This document shows, piece by piece, positions 9,591-18,655 of a DNA stretch of 64,000 nucleotides. The stretch comes from an uncultured Gammaproteobacteria bacterium (GTDB lineage Bacteria > Patescibacteriota > Microgenomatia > UBA1406 > HO2-37-13b), in assembly GCA_964413645.1 (NCBI GenBank), contig CAYPSA010000006.1, positions 6,123 to 70,122 on the forward strand, given 5' to 3'. The translations under genes were made by a program, and so were the position numbers. The notes under the pieces are model-generated. The model saw only the letters and a list, made by a program, of their open reading frames with translations. It made no database searches and was not told where the DNA came from. Position 1 is the stretch's first letter, and every line of letters starts with the position of its first letter.

Positions 9591-10190
9591 ATGGCGCAGT
9601 CATATAAACTCAACATAAAGCCTATTATCGGGATCGGCACTTTTTTATTAATTGGTATCGTTTCATATCTATATCAAAGACCAGTATCACTTTTTCATAA
9701 TGAAATCGACGCTATTCAAATGGAAGAAGTTCGTTTTAAAAACATGAAATTGAAACTTCCCCTCGAAAGCGAAAAAATAAACGATGATTACAGATTTGGA
9801 CTATTCTACACGTTTGGCATTGGTAAAGATCAATTATTGCAGAGCCAGTCGCCTATAGATTTCTCCGTTACTATTGCACAGCGTGATTACGACGACATTA
9901 CTGATGCTGAATTTCAAGAGTCGACAATGGCGTATATTAATGATGATCACATGTATCATCAGAGTGTATGTGGTACCGATAACGTTAAAGAACTCCTGGA
10001 AATTTCTAATGCATCACTGGAAGGCTGGCAGTTTGAAGCTGATTGCTTGGGTGAGGTATATACGTATTATATTAATGGACCAGCACAGCAACTCTATACA
10101 ATAGCCATGAAAATTGAACCAAAAGCTCAAAAGAAGATGTTATATCGCGATATTATAGATGCAACTATTAAAAGTATTGAGTTTGAATAG
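9591..10190 (+). CDS. Hypothetical membrane-anchored protein
   Basis: 199-aa ORF with an N-terminal TM helix. No recognised domain. Confidence 0.5.
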   Translation: MAQSYKLNIKPIIGIGTFLLIGIVSYLYQRPVSLFHNEIDAIQMEEVRFKNMKLKLPLESEKINDDYRFGLFYTFGIGKDQLLQSQSPIDFSVTIAQRDYDDITDAEFQESTMAYINDDHMYHQSVCGTDNVKELLEISNASLEGWQFEADCLGEVYTYYINGPAQQLYTIAMKIEPKAQKKMLYRDIIDATIKSIEFE

Positions 10191-10250
10191 ATAATAATTC
10201 AGATAATCCAATAACGAATAATACGATGTGGCCTCTGCTATACTTTTCTC

Positions 10251-10829
10251 ATGAAAGAAACTTTTGCCATTGTAGCTACGATCTTTGCAATAGTCGGTAA
10301 TATTTCATATTTTCGTGATGTTCTTTCCAAAAGAGTTAAGCCGCATCCATACACGTGGTTTGTATGGTCAATAGTTTCGGGGGTGACATTCTTCGGACAG
10401 CTGGTAAAAGGGGCAGGTATTGGCGCGCTTCCCACCGGCGTTGCTGAATCGTTTACCATAATGATTTTTCTATTTTCTCTGCAATATGGATTTAAACACA
10501 TAACAAAAACCGATACATACTTTCTTATTTTTGCATTACTTGGCCTAATCCCTTGGATTATGTTGAAGGATCCAACTGTTTCGATTATTATTGTCGTTAC
10601 GATCGATGTTATCGCCTTTATTCCAACATTACGCAAAACGAAATTGCATCCCTCAACAGAAGCTCCCGCTTTATATAGTATGAATGTTGCTCGGCATATT
10701 TTGACGTTATTCTCTTTACAAACATATAATATCGCCACAACACTCCATTCATTTGTCATGATTATTATTAATTCATACATGACTTTCTTAATTGTGCACC
10801 GGCCAAAAAGTAGCAGTAAGAAAAAGTAG
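10251..10829 (+). CDS. Polytopic membrane protein, function unknown
   Basis: 192 aa with 6-7 TM helices. TGcTATACT lies 6 nt upstream of the ATG. The mirrored minus-strand ORF 10238..10780 is judged spurious. Confidence 0.65.
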   Translation: MKETFAIVATIFAIVGNISYFRDVLSKRVKPHPYTWFVWSIVSGVTFFGQLVKGAGIGALPTGVAESFTIMIFLFSLQYGFKHITKTDTYFLIFALLGLIPWIMLKDPTVSIIIVVTIDVIAFIPTLRKTKLHPSTEAPALYSMNVARHILTLFSLQTYNIATTLHSFVMIIINSYMTFLIVHRPKSSSKKK

Positions 10830-10867
10830 AATAATAACGTTGTCTACGCTTTTGGTACAATACAAGC

Positions 10868-11209
10868 ATGTCCCTAGAAATTTTTGATGATGCAGGTGAT
10901 TTTTTTGAAGATTTATATGAAAATCTTTTTGAGCGAAAAAAACTTCGAACTAAAGATCAGGCTACACTCCTTGCTCGAACAAAGCACGCATATCATTACA
11001 CTGAAAGAGTAGAGGGTGTTTTAAAAATGATCTTCGGATTTTCTATTTTTATTTCTGCGGTTGTTGCTACCGTGTGGGGCTTTTCAAGTGTAGGGGAAAT
11101 TGTAAAAGCATTGGTTTCGAGTTGGTATGGAAGAGTAGCATTGAGCATGATTGGAATCAGTTATTTCCTTAACGGATTGTGGCGCTACATTCACGCGCGA
11201 ACTGCCTAG
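10868..11209 (+). CDS. Hypothetical small membrane protein
   Basis: 113 aa with an acidic N-terminus and 2 TM helices. TACAAT lies 6 nt upstream of the ATG. Confidence 0.5.
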   Translation: MSLEIFDDAGDFFEDLYENLFERKKLRTKDQATLLARTKHAYHYTERVEGVLKMIFGFSIFISAVVATVWGFSSVGEIVKALVSSWYGRVALSMIGISYFLNGLWRYIHARTA

Positions 11210-11269
11210 AGTATCTCCGATCTTTTTTGGGCGTATGAACAATTTTGAATAAGTATGATACAAATCCCC

Positions 11270-11298
11270 TTGACGCATAAATATTTACCCTCTATAAT
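11270..11298 (+). promoter_or_regulatory. Sigma-70-type promoter of mscL (TTGACG-17 nt-TATAAT)
   Basis: TTGACG at 11270-11275 and TATAAT at 11293-11298. The ATG follows 8 nt downstream with no Shine-Dalgarno. Confidence 0.6.
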
Positions 11299-11306
11299 CA
11301 CGGTAT

Positions 11307-11606
11307 ATGAAAGGATTCTTAGAATTTATTCGTGAACAAGGAGTCGTTGGTTTAGCTGTGGGGTTTATTCTTGGCGGAGCCGTTTCAAAGCTCGTAACCG
11401 CACTTGTTACCGACATCATTAGCCCGATCTTATCTTTAGGAATGAATAATGTTAAGAATCTTAAAGAAGCATATGTTCAAGTCGGTGCTGCAAAAATTAT
11501 GTGGGGCGACTTCTTGAATGTTTCAATTGATTTTTTGGTTATCGCTTGCGTAGTGTACTTCGGTGTTAAGCTTCTCAAGTTAGATAAACTTGATAAGAAG
11601 AAGTAA
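11307..11606 (+). CDS. mscL: Large-conductance mechanosensitive channel (short form)
   Basis: MKGFLEFIREQGVVGLAVGFILGGAVSKLVTALVTDIISP matches the MscL N-terminus and TM1. 99 aa. Confidence 0.8.
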   Translation: MKGFLEFIREQGVVGLAVGFILGGAVSKLVTALVTDIISPILSLGMNNVKNLKEAYVQVGAAKIMWGDFLNVSIDFLVIACVVYFGVKLLKLDKLDKKK

Positions 11607-11740
11607 TAGATCCAACGTAGGATAAATCAACGCTTTAAATAGCATTGGAATGTATTTACTGTTAAGTAATCCGCAACTGTATCCCCTTTACTCTTAGTCA
11701 CAATTCCTGTATTATAACTAAGTTATAAAGTCTAAAAATT

Positions 11741-12361
11741 ATGAAAAAATTTGATGAACAAGCCAATCAGGAGTCGATCGATAAAGTTGTTGCCAATTTA
11801 AAAGCGCACAATATTGATTCAATTGTAGTTGATACTGGAAAAGAAGCGCACGACAAAATTCTTACATTAATCCCAAATGGAGCGTCAGTTATGAACGGTT
11901 CATCACGAGCTCTTGAACAAATTGGTTTTATCGATCATTTAAAGTCTGACGATCATCAGTGGAACAATTACCACGCGGCAATTGTTGCAGAGACTGATCC
12001 GGTCAAGCAGGCTGCTCTTCGACAGCAAGCACTTCTGTCGGAATTTTACCTAGGAAGCGTGCACGCAATTACCGAAGAAGGAGAATTTGTTGTTGCTTCA
12101 AATACCGGAAGTCAATTACCGCATATTGCATATTCATCAGCTAATTTGGTGTTAGTTGTAGGTACTCAGAAAATTGTAGCGAATCTTGATGAGGCCATGA
12201 AGCGAATTAATGAATATGTTATTCCTTTGGAGGACGAAAATATGCAGCAAAAATATGGTATGGGAACACAGTTAAATAAAATGCTTATTTTCAAAGGCGA
12301 GAATCCAATGTTCGGTCGAAAAATAACGGTGATTTTGGTGAAAGAAAAATTGGGATTTTAA
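11741..12361 (+). CDS. LUD-domain (lactate-utilisation LutC/YkgG-like) protein
   Basis: The 206-aa length and sequence resemble stand-alone LUD-domain proteins. Confidence 0.5.
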   Translation: MKKFDEQANQESIDKVVANLKAHNIDSIVVDTGKEAHDKILTLIPNGASVMNGSSRALEQIGFIDHLKSDDHQWNNYHAAIVAETDPVKQAALRQQALLSEFYLGSVHAITEEGEFVVASNTGSQLPHIAYSSANLVLVVGTQKIVANLDEAMKRINEYVIPLEDENMQQKYGMGTQLNKMLIFKGENPMFGRKITVILVKEKLGF

Positions 12362-12368
12362 AACGACA

Positions 12369-13895
12369 TTATTTTTCCATATCAAACACTTCATCGACTC
12401 GAATTTGCGCAACAAATTCAGGAACGTGGGAGACCATAATCATCATTCCTTTGTACTCGCTTAGCGCTTGCGCAATTACTGGTAGATGACGAAAGTTAAT
12501 GTGATTTGTCGGTTCATCAAGAATCAACAGTCCTGGTTTTAATAAAACTAATCGTGCAAATGAAACAAGTCCCTTCTGGCCTTCCGACAGCATACCGATT
12601 TTAGAGTGAATGTGTTGGGAGGTAATTAAGAAGCCTGCGGCAACAGATCGAATTTCTTGTTCAATAATTTTGCCGTCGGCTGCAAGCATTGCTTTAGTAA
12701 AGGTTGCATATACCGTATCATTAAAATCGAGCGATGAAAAATCCTGGGCGTATGAGCCGACTCTAACTCCAGAGGTCATACAGATATCCTCGGCAGTACC
12801 ATCAACGAGAGATCTAATAAAACTGCTTTTGCCAATGCCATTTGGTCCTTTAATAAGAACGTGTTTTCCTTTTTCTAAAAATATACTTTTCTGTTTCGTA
12901 ATAATTTGATGATCTTGCATCACTTTAATCGATGAAATTCTAAGTTCTTCGTTTACTAAATTTTCCTGCGGAGGAATGGTAAATGGTCGAATTGTTTTAT
13001 CTTCTCGACGAATATCTACCTTTGCTTCTTCCATTTCTTCCGCTTTATTTCTCATTTTTTTAGCAACGAGTCGCATGCGGCCTCCTTTATTTGCAAAAAA
13101 GTTTGCACTATCTTTATTTTCTTGAATCACGCGTTCCATTTGTGCATTTTGTCTTCGATCGCGTTCTAGTCGAAGTTGAATTTGTTCAAGCACATCATTG
13201 TAGTCACCTGCGTATTGTTCGACTTTTTTAGTAAAGTTGTCTAAATATAAAACGCCCTCGGTAAATGCATTTAAAAATTCCGCATCGTGTGAAATTACAA
13301 TAACGCTTTTGTCGTAATAAATAAGAAATTCAGTTAAATGATCAATTCCCGTGTGATCAAGATTATTCGTAGGTTCATCAAGTAGTAACAAATCAGGGTC
13401 TTGAATAAGTGCGGCTGCCAAAAGCAATCTGGCTTGTTGTCCTCCGGAAAACTGGTGGATTATTTTTTCAAGAGGTGCGACTAGATTTACGACCTGTAAC
13501 ACATCGCTAATCTTTTTCAGCAATTCATGCTTTTGCACATTTGGTATATATTGTGAAAAGAAGTCTTGAACAGAAAGATCTTTATTGGCAGGGTCCATTA
13601 CTTGGTGAGCCGTTGCAACAACCAATCGTTTATCAATAGAAATCGTTCCAGATGTTGGCTGCAATGATCCTACAAGGAGTTTAAACAGAGTACTCTTGCC
13701 TGCACCATTTTGGCCCATGAGCGCAATTTTCATGCCTTTTCGCACAGAAAAGCTAGCCTCGTCAATAATGGTCTTATCGTGTCCGAAGTCAAAACAAACT
13801 TGCGCGAATCTAATAATAGTTTCCAGAACTACTATTTTACCATATCGGCTATGGCTAAGTAGATTGTTGTATACTATTAATATGCCACTTGTCAT
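12369..13895 (-). CDS. ABC-F family ATPase (two ABC cassettes, no TM domain)
   Basis: Cassette 1 has GQNGAGKST, LSGGQQARLLLA and LLLLDEPTNNLD. Cassette 2 has GPNGIGKSS, LSEGQKGLVSFA and LLILDEPTNHIN. A charged linker separates them. The start is uncertain because ATG 13895 overlaps the divergent kinase gene by 14 nt. Confidence 0.85.
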   Translation of the reverse strand: MTSGILIVYNNLLSHSRYGKIVVLETIIRFAQVCFDFGHDKTIIDEASFSVRKGMKIALMGQNGAGKSTLFKLLVGSLQPTSGTISIDKRLVVATAHQVMDPANKDLSVQDFFSQYIPNVQKHELLKKISDVLQVVNLVAPLEKIIHQFSGGQQARLLLAAALIQDPDLLLLDEPTNNLDHTGIDHLTEFLIYYDKSVIVISHDAEFLNAFTEGVLYLDNFTKKVEQYAGDYNDVLEQIQLRLERDRRQNAQMERVIQENKDSANFFANKGGRMRLVAKKMRNKAEEMEEAKVDIRREDKTIRPFTIPPQENLVNEELRISSIKVMQDHQIITKQKSIFLEKGKHVLIKGPNGIGKSSFIRSLVDGTAEDICMTSGVRVGSYAQDFSSLDFNDTVYATFTKAMLAADGKIIEQEIRSVAAGFLITSQHIHSKIGMLSEGQKGLVSFARLVLLKPGLLILDEPTNHINFRHLPVIAQALSEYKGMMIMVSHVPEFVAQIRVDEVFDMEK

Positions 13896-14451
13896 AATAA
13901 TCTCTGGCCCACCTGGAAGCGGAAAAACTACACTTGCTCATAAACTAGCTGAAACGCTACGATTACCTCTGGTTAGTCGCGATGCTATTAAGCAGACTAT
14001 TGCCGCTACATTTAGTAAATCAAACGCAAGATTTAGTAAACAAATCTCTAAAGAATCATATGAGATATTGCTCTCGAAGTGTGAACAGTTACTTGAGTTG
14101 GATAATTCATTTATTGTTGAAAGCAACTTTCAGCCCGCATTTGCAAATGCCACGTTTAAAAAGTTGCAACAAAAACATTATTTTACTGCGGTGCAAATTT
14201 ACTTTACAGCAGCAGAAGAGATACTCTATGATCGATTCAAGCGAAGAGTAGGCTCTGGCGATCGACACCCAGGTCATAATGATGAAAATGTAACTTTGGA
14301 AAAATTTGCACATACTATTCAAAACAAGTTCGGGCCATTAAAAATCAACGGGCGATTGATTCAAATAAATACGAACGATTTCGAAAAGGTCGATATGAAC
14401 CGTCTTATCACGGATATGCGAGATGCATTAGCTGATGTACAAATTTCGTAA
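13882..14451 (+). CDS. P-loop kinase-like AAA ATPase
   Basis: MPLVIIISGPPGSGKTTLAHKL carries the Walker A motif at the N-terminus. The track ORF start (13696) is an antisense read-through artefact. Confidence 0.65.
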   Translation: MPLVIIISGPPGSGKTTLAHKLAETLRLPLVSRDAIKQTIAATFSKSNARFSKQISKESYEILLSKCEQLLELDNSFIVESNFQPAFANATFKKLQQKHYFTAVQIYFTAAEEILYDRFKRRVGSGDRHPGHNDENVTLEKFAHTIQNKFGPLKINGRLIQINTNDFEKVDMNRLITDMRDALADVQIS

Positions 14452-14521
14452 TCAGAGAAGAGCTTTGTAATCCGAAAGTACCTATGAAGAAGTAGGGGGC
14501 TTGCTTGAAATCAGTTGCTGC

Positions 14522-15064
14522 CTATATATTGTTATACCACATCCCAAATTCTTGCCAGAAGCTAGAGTCATTGAATGGATTAATTCCCTGCTCTATGCAT
14601 TCTGCAACCGATTTTCCATCATTAGTCATCGAAACAACCCTCATTGCAGAAAACCCGTTTCCTTGAATGGAGTCTATAAATTGCCCTTCGTAGCTAGCGT
14701 TAAAACTGCGCACGTTTTTGGAATCGACATAGCATAATGCTACTGACTTTATAATTGTTTTATTGCTGTAACTTTCCATAAGGTGTAAATAATCTTGTGG
14801 CGAAAGCCACTCGTTCATATATTTCATATACGCTCCAGGGAATCCATTGAGAGCTGGAATCGACCAGCCTTCATCAGTTACAAACACCGGAGTACCAAGC
14901 ATTGCAAATGCTTGTTTCCCTTTATGTAGTGCAATTTCTTCAATAGAGGACGATTGTATTTCTAATAATTCGAGTGCTTTTGTTTTAAATGTAATTCCCA
15001 GCGGTTCCAAGCCTTTTTTTGCAAAAAATATTTTATCGTTATTTGCCGTAATGTAAGTAAGCAT
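14522..15064 (-). CDS. Non-canonical purine NTP pyrophosphatase-like (Ham1/RdgB/ITPase family)
   Basis: ITANNDK..., FVTDEGWSIPALNGFPGAYMKY resembles ITPase motifs. Confidence 0.55.
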   Translation of the reverse strand: MLTYITANNDKIFFAKKGLEPLGITFKTKALELLEIQSSSIEEIALHKGKQAFAMLGTPVFVTDEGWSIPALNGFPGAYMKYMNEWLSPQDYLHLMESYSNKTIIKSVALCYVDSKNVRSFNASYEGQFIDSIQGNGFSAMRVVSMTNDGKSVAECIEQGINPFNDSSFWQEFGMWYNNI

Positions 15065-15343
15065 AACATTAGTTTACCATTATACAGTCGTATTCTTTTG
15101 GGATTAATATTCGGCTCTGCTTATCGATGCTATTAACCTGTTCATTCTACATATGCGTTACTGTTGAAAGTTTTTCTTTAACCTTAGTTTGTGATCATAG
15201 ATGCGTTGAGCCATTTCGTTTGTAAGTCTCGATGCTCGTTCAATGATCTCTTACCATGTAGAGTGACGGGTCAATAACTCAAATTCTCATAAGAGTATTT
15301 TACACATGGAGAACTGTTCTATTTAGTGCTGTATAATGATTTT

Positions 15344-15913
15344 ATGAAAAATGCACTTATTTTACATGGAGCGGAAAATAACTCCCAGGGTAATTGGTTT
15401 CCATGGCTAAAACAAAAGCTTGAATCTAAAGATTATATTGTATGGTCTCCTGATTTACCCAACGCAGAAGAACCGAAACAAGAGCATTGGTTAGAAACTA
15501 TTTTCTCAAATAAAGAATGGGAGTTTAATGACGAGTCGGTAATAGTTGGGCACTCTGCTGGAGCAACACTTATTCTAAGGATTCTAGAGAATTTACCTGA
15601 TGGAGTACAAATTAATATTGCAATTCTTGTTGCGGGTCCGGTAAAGATCGGTGAAAAGAACCCTGAATTTTTTCAATACAAACGTGACTTGACGAAAAAT
15701 CAATTTATATGGGAAAAGATTAAAAAATCTGCTAAATCATTTTATTTTATATATTCCGATAATGACCCTTACGAGTGTGGACATGAGAATGGCGAGATTA
15801 TGCAGGAGCACTTAGGAGGAAATTTGATTATTAAGAGCGGAGAGGCACATTTTAATTTAGAAAAGAGTTCGAAGTATAAAGAGTTTCCATTTTTATTAAG
15901 TTTAATAAATTAA
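15344..15913 (+). CDS. Alpha/beta hydrolase, YdeN/RBBP9-like serine hydrolase
   Basis: ILHG...GHSAG nucleophile elbow (VGHSAGA). Start set to ATG 15344 because TATAAT lies 6 nt upstream. Confidence 0.65.
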   Translation: MKNALILHGAENNSQGNWFPWLKQKLESKDYIVWSPDLPNAEEPKQEHWLETIFSNKEWEFNDESVIVGHSAGATLILRILENLPDGVQINIAILVAGPVKIGEKNPEFFQYKRDLTKNQFIWEKIKKSAKSFYFIYSDNDPYECGHENGEIMQEHLGGNLIIKSGEAHFNLEKSSKYKEFPFLLSLIN

Positions 15914-15915
15914 CT

Positions 15916-16374
15916 ATGTCCAAAACGGTAAATGAATTTTATGTTTTAGAATTTCTAAAAAAGAATAATATGGGAATTTTGGCTACGGTAAAGCCTACAG
16001 GTGCTCCACATGCTTCTCCAATTTATTTTATTCCGCATGCGTCTTTTGAGATGTTTTTTGTAACACCTTCTCAAACTGAAAAGTACGAAAATATTCAAGT
16101 AAATAGCGCGGTTGCATTGACGGTAGTGAGCGAAGACCGTACGGAAACGGTGAGTATTGAAGGACGCGCGGTAGAAACTTCTGAGAAACTTGAGGAAATT
16201 ATTGGTCAACTTGCTCGTTCTTTAAAATATGGAGAAAACTTTTTAAGTGATTTACCATTATTGCAGTATCATAAACAAAAGAGAGCGGTATTGAAAATTG
16301 TTCCAACGTATATCCGATATCGACAGTATGGAGAAAATATATTATTTGAGAAAATAATTAAGCCAGAGGCTTAA
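15916..16374 (+). CDS. Pyridoxamine 5'-phosphate oxidase-family (FMN-binding split barrel) protein
   Basis: Length and N-terminal pattern (GILATV..G.PHASPIYF) fit this family. Confidence 0.6.
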   Translation: MSKTVNEFYVLEFLKKNNMGILATVKPTGAPHASPIYFIPHASFEMFFVTPSQTEKYENIQVNSAVALTVVSEDRTETVSIEGRAVETSEKLEEIIGQLARSLKYGENFLSDLPLLQYHKQKRAVLKIVPTYIRYRQYGENILFEKIIKPEA

Positions 16375-16539
16375 ATTCTTTTTTAATACGTCGAAATTTT
16401 AAAATGTTTTTGATATAATCGATTTGTAAGCGGCTGAAAGACACGCTGGGTACCTGTTAGTATCTGCAAAAAACTGTTTAAGAAACGGTCGTAAGAGTCT
16501 GATTATCAAGGTGTGAATTTTAGATGAGTACTATTTTAT

Positions 16540-18288
16540 ATGGCAAATACAAAACATCAACACATATATTTGGATGAAAAATATTCCACTGCGATTTGTG
16601 GTAATGATATTTTAAGTTCGACATTATATGTAAGTGGTATTGCAATTATTTTTGCGGGAGTATATGCTCCTATCGTATTTATTTTAGTTGCATTGGTATT
16701 GTATTTATATAAATCGGTATATACCGAAGTTGTTGAAGCTTTACCAGTTAACGGAGGCGCGTATAACTGCTTGTTAAATGGAACTTCAAAGTCTTTTGCA
16801 GCTAATGCTGGGATCATGACACTTCTGTCATATGTCGCGACAGCAGTTATTTCAGCGAAAGTTGCAGTGGAGTATTTACATTCACTTATTCCTGCATTTT
16901 CCATAATTCCAACAACAATTTTGTTACTTGGTTTTTTTGCAGTATTAGTAATAGGTGGTTTGAAGGATTCCGCACGCGTTGCGCTTGGAATCTTTATTCT
17001 ACACATACTCACATTAATTGGTTTTCTTGCTTTGGGCGCTATATACGCGTTTCAAAACACAGGGTTTTTTACTCAGAATATTGCACATACCAATACAATT
17101 CTGTTTTCGCATGGCGGTCTGATTAATGCGCTTATCCTTGGATTTTCAGCTTCATTACTTGGTGTTTCTGGCTTTGAAAGTTCTGCCAACTTTGTAGAAG
17201 AGCAGCAAAAAGGGGTCTTTAGAAAAACACTTCGCAATATGTTACTTGGAGTAGCTTTTTTTAGCCCACTTATTGCGTTAGTTGTTTTAAATACTATGCC
17301 ATTTGAAGCAATCGCAAAAGCGAAAGATTTCTTACTTGCTGATGCAGCCAATGCATTAGGAGGTTCAATTTTTAAAACAATTGTTGCCCTTGATGCCGTC
17401 GCCGTCTTATCGGGAGCAGTTTTAACTTCTTTTGTTGGAGTAAGTGGACTTATGCAGCGAATGGCTGCAGATGCTTGCCTTCCAAACTACTTTTCTAAGC
17501 AAAATAAGAATGGTTCTTTTGGTAGAATTATTGTTTTTTTCTTCTTGCTTTGTGTGTCAATATTACTAATGACACAAGGAGATTTATTATCACTTGCGGG
17601 TATGTATACAATTTCATTTTTAGGAGTTATGACACTGTTTGCTCTTGGGAATATTATTTTAAACGAGACTAGAACTGAATTAAAACGTACATTCCATGCT
17701 CCTCGAATATATGTGTATATTGCTATGGTTGCAACGGCAGTAGGAATAGTGGGTAACATAATTATTAATGTTCAAAATCTTTTGTTTTTCGCAATGTACT
17801 TTTTCCCATTTGCGCTATTAGTATTTACCGTAATGAATCAGGAAGCTATACTAAAGACTGTTTTACAAAAATTCACCTATGATAGCCATTTTAGAAAGTA
17901 TCTTGAAAAAAAGTTCAAACGAGTTATTTCGGGAAGATACGTAATTTTCCTTAGTAGTATAAATAGATTATTTCCTACCATAGAGTATTTAGTACGTAAT
18001 GAAAATAATTACAATCTTACCATCGTACATTGCGGTCCCTACAAAAAAGAAGGAGATGACAAGAAATACCTACGTATTAAACAAACAATTCCAATGCTTC
18101 AAGCAGCAGGAGTTCATCCATATTTAAGCATCGAAACAATTTATAAGAATGCAGAATTTGGGCCCGATATTATTAATGAAATATCAGAAGAACTAGACAT
18201 TCCTAAGAATCGTATTTTAATTGGATCAATTCATCATAGCCATGATTTTGACTATGATCAGTTGGGAGGCGTTCGAATAATCTTCTAA
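16540..18288 (+). CDS. APC-superfamily permease with a C-terminal cytosolic domain
   Basis: About 12 TM helices in the first ~430 aa, followed by a soluble ~150-aa tail. Confidence 0.7.
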   Translation: MANTKHQHIYLDEKYSTAICGNDILSSTLYVSGIAIIFAGVYAPIVFILVALVLYLYKSVYTEVVEALPVNGGAYNCLLNGTSKSFAANAGIMTLLSYVATAVISAKVAVEYLHSLIPAFSIIPTTILLLGFFAVLVIGGLKDSARVALGIFILHILTLIGFLALGAIYAFQNTGFFTQNIAHTNTILFSHGGLINALILGFSASLLGVSGFESSANFVEEQQKGVFRKTLRNMLLGVAFFSPLIALVVLNTMPFEAIAKAKDFLLADAANALGGSIFKTIVALDAVAVLSGAVLTSFVGVSGLMQRMAADACLPNYFSKQNKNGSFGRIIVFFFLLCVSILLMTQGDLLSLAGMYTISFLGVMTLFALGNIILNETRTELKRTFHAPRIYVYIAMVATAVGIVGNIIINVQNLLFFAMYFFPFALLVFTVMNQEAILKTVLQKFTYDSHFRKYLEKKFKRVISGRYVIFLSSINRLFPTIEYLVRNENNYNLTIVHCGPYKKEGDDKKYLRIKQTIPMLQAAGVHPYLSIETIYKNAEFGPDIINEISEELDIPKNRILIGSIHHSHDFDYDQLGGVRIIF

Positions 18289-18373
18289 TACTTGGTCTAC
18301 CGCTTCACTATTTTTTGCTTGATTGGATTTGGAGTAATTATGTTTCTATCCGCATCTAAGGTACAATCATTTT

Positions 18374-18625
18374 ATGAGATATTTTTTCTACATGCTTCGA
18401 TGTAGCGATGACTCGTTATATTGCGGAATAACCAATGATGTGGAGCATCGTTTAAATGAGCATAATCATGGTAAAGGATCAAAGTATGTTCGATCGCGAA
18501 AGCCAGCCTATCTTGTATATGCAGAAGAGCACGCCGACATTTCAAGAGCACTTAAGCGCGAAGCGGAAGTTAAAAAATGGAGCAAAGCGAAAAAAGAGAA
18601 GTTGGTTAGTAATGAACTCGGGTAA
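18374..18625 (+). CDS. GIY-YIG nuclease-superfamily protein (stand-alone URI domain)
   Basis: YFFYMLRCSDDSLYCGITNDVEHRLNEHN carries the GIY-YIG signature. TACAAT lies 6 nt upstream of the ATG. Confidence 0.8.
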   Translation: MRYFFYMLRCSDDSLYCGITNDVEHRLNEHNHGKGSKYVRSRKPAYLVYAEEHADISRALKREAEVKKWSKAKKEKLVSNELG

Positions 18626-18655
18626 CTGTATTTGGCTCGCGTGCTATACTATAGT

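Noticed and set aside
10238-10780. A 180-aa minus-strand ORF almost perfectly mirrors the 192-aa plus-strand membrane-protein ORF (10251..10829).
   Set aside because: The plus-strand ORF has the characteristic TGcTATACT-6 nt-ATG start and a regular TM-helix pattern. The antisense ORF has no promoter or start context and its composition is what is expected from reading an AT-rich membrane gene backwards. The same reasoning applies to the antisense track ORFs at 498..926, 6608..7066, 35811..36036, 36751..37155, 38651..39139, 39215..39601 and 44651..44956.
13696-13881. Long N-terminal extensions appear in the ORF track at 13696, 18632, 20064, 22411, 2305, 2915, 15326, 26213, 55681, 59420 and the 59445 end.
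   Set aside because: These extensions overlap the preceding or divergent gene, often begin on TTG or GTG, and contain low-complexity sequence. Internal ATGs with -10 boxes at the characteristic distance, or placed immediately after the upstream stop, give products that start where homologous families normally start.
16428-16539. The ~110-nt leader upstream of the APC permease contains an A-rich tract (CTGCAAAAAACTG) that superficially recalls preQ1-I riboswitch tails.
   Set aside because: I could not build the required P1 stem and loop, or match any riboswitch consensus I know (preQ1, glycine, lysine, ydaO, guanidine). A candidate TACTAT box 5 nt upstream of the ATG may mean there is no long leader at all.
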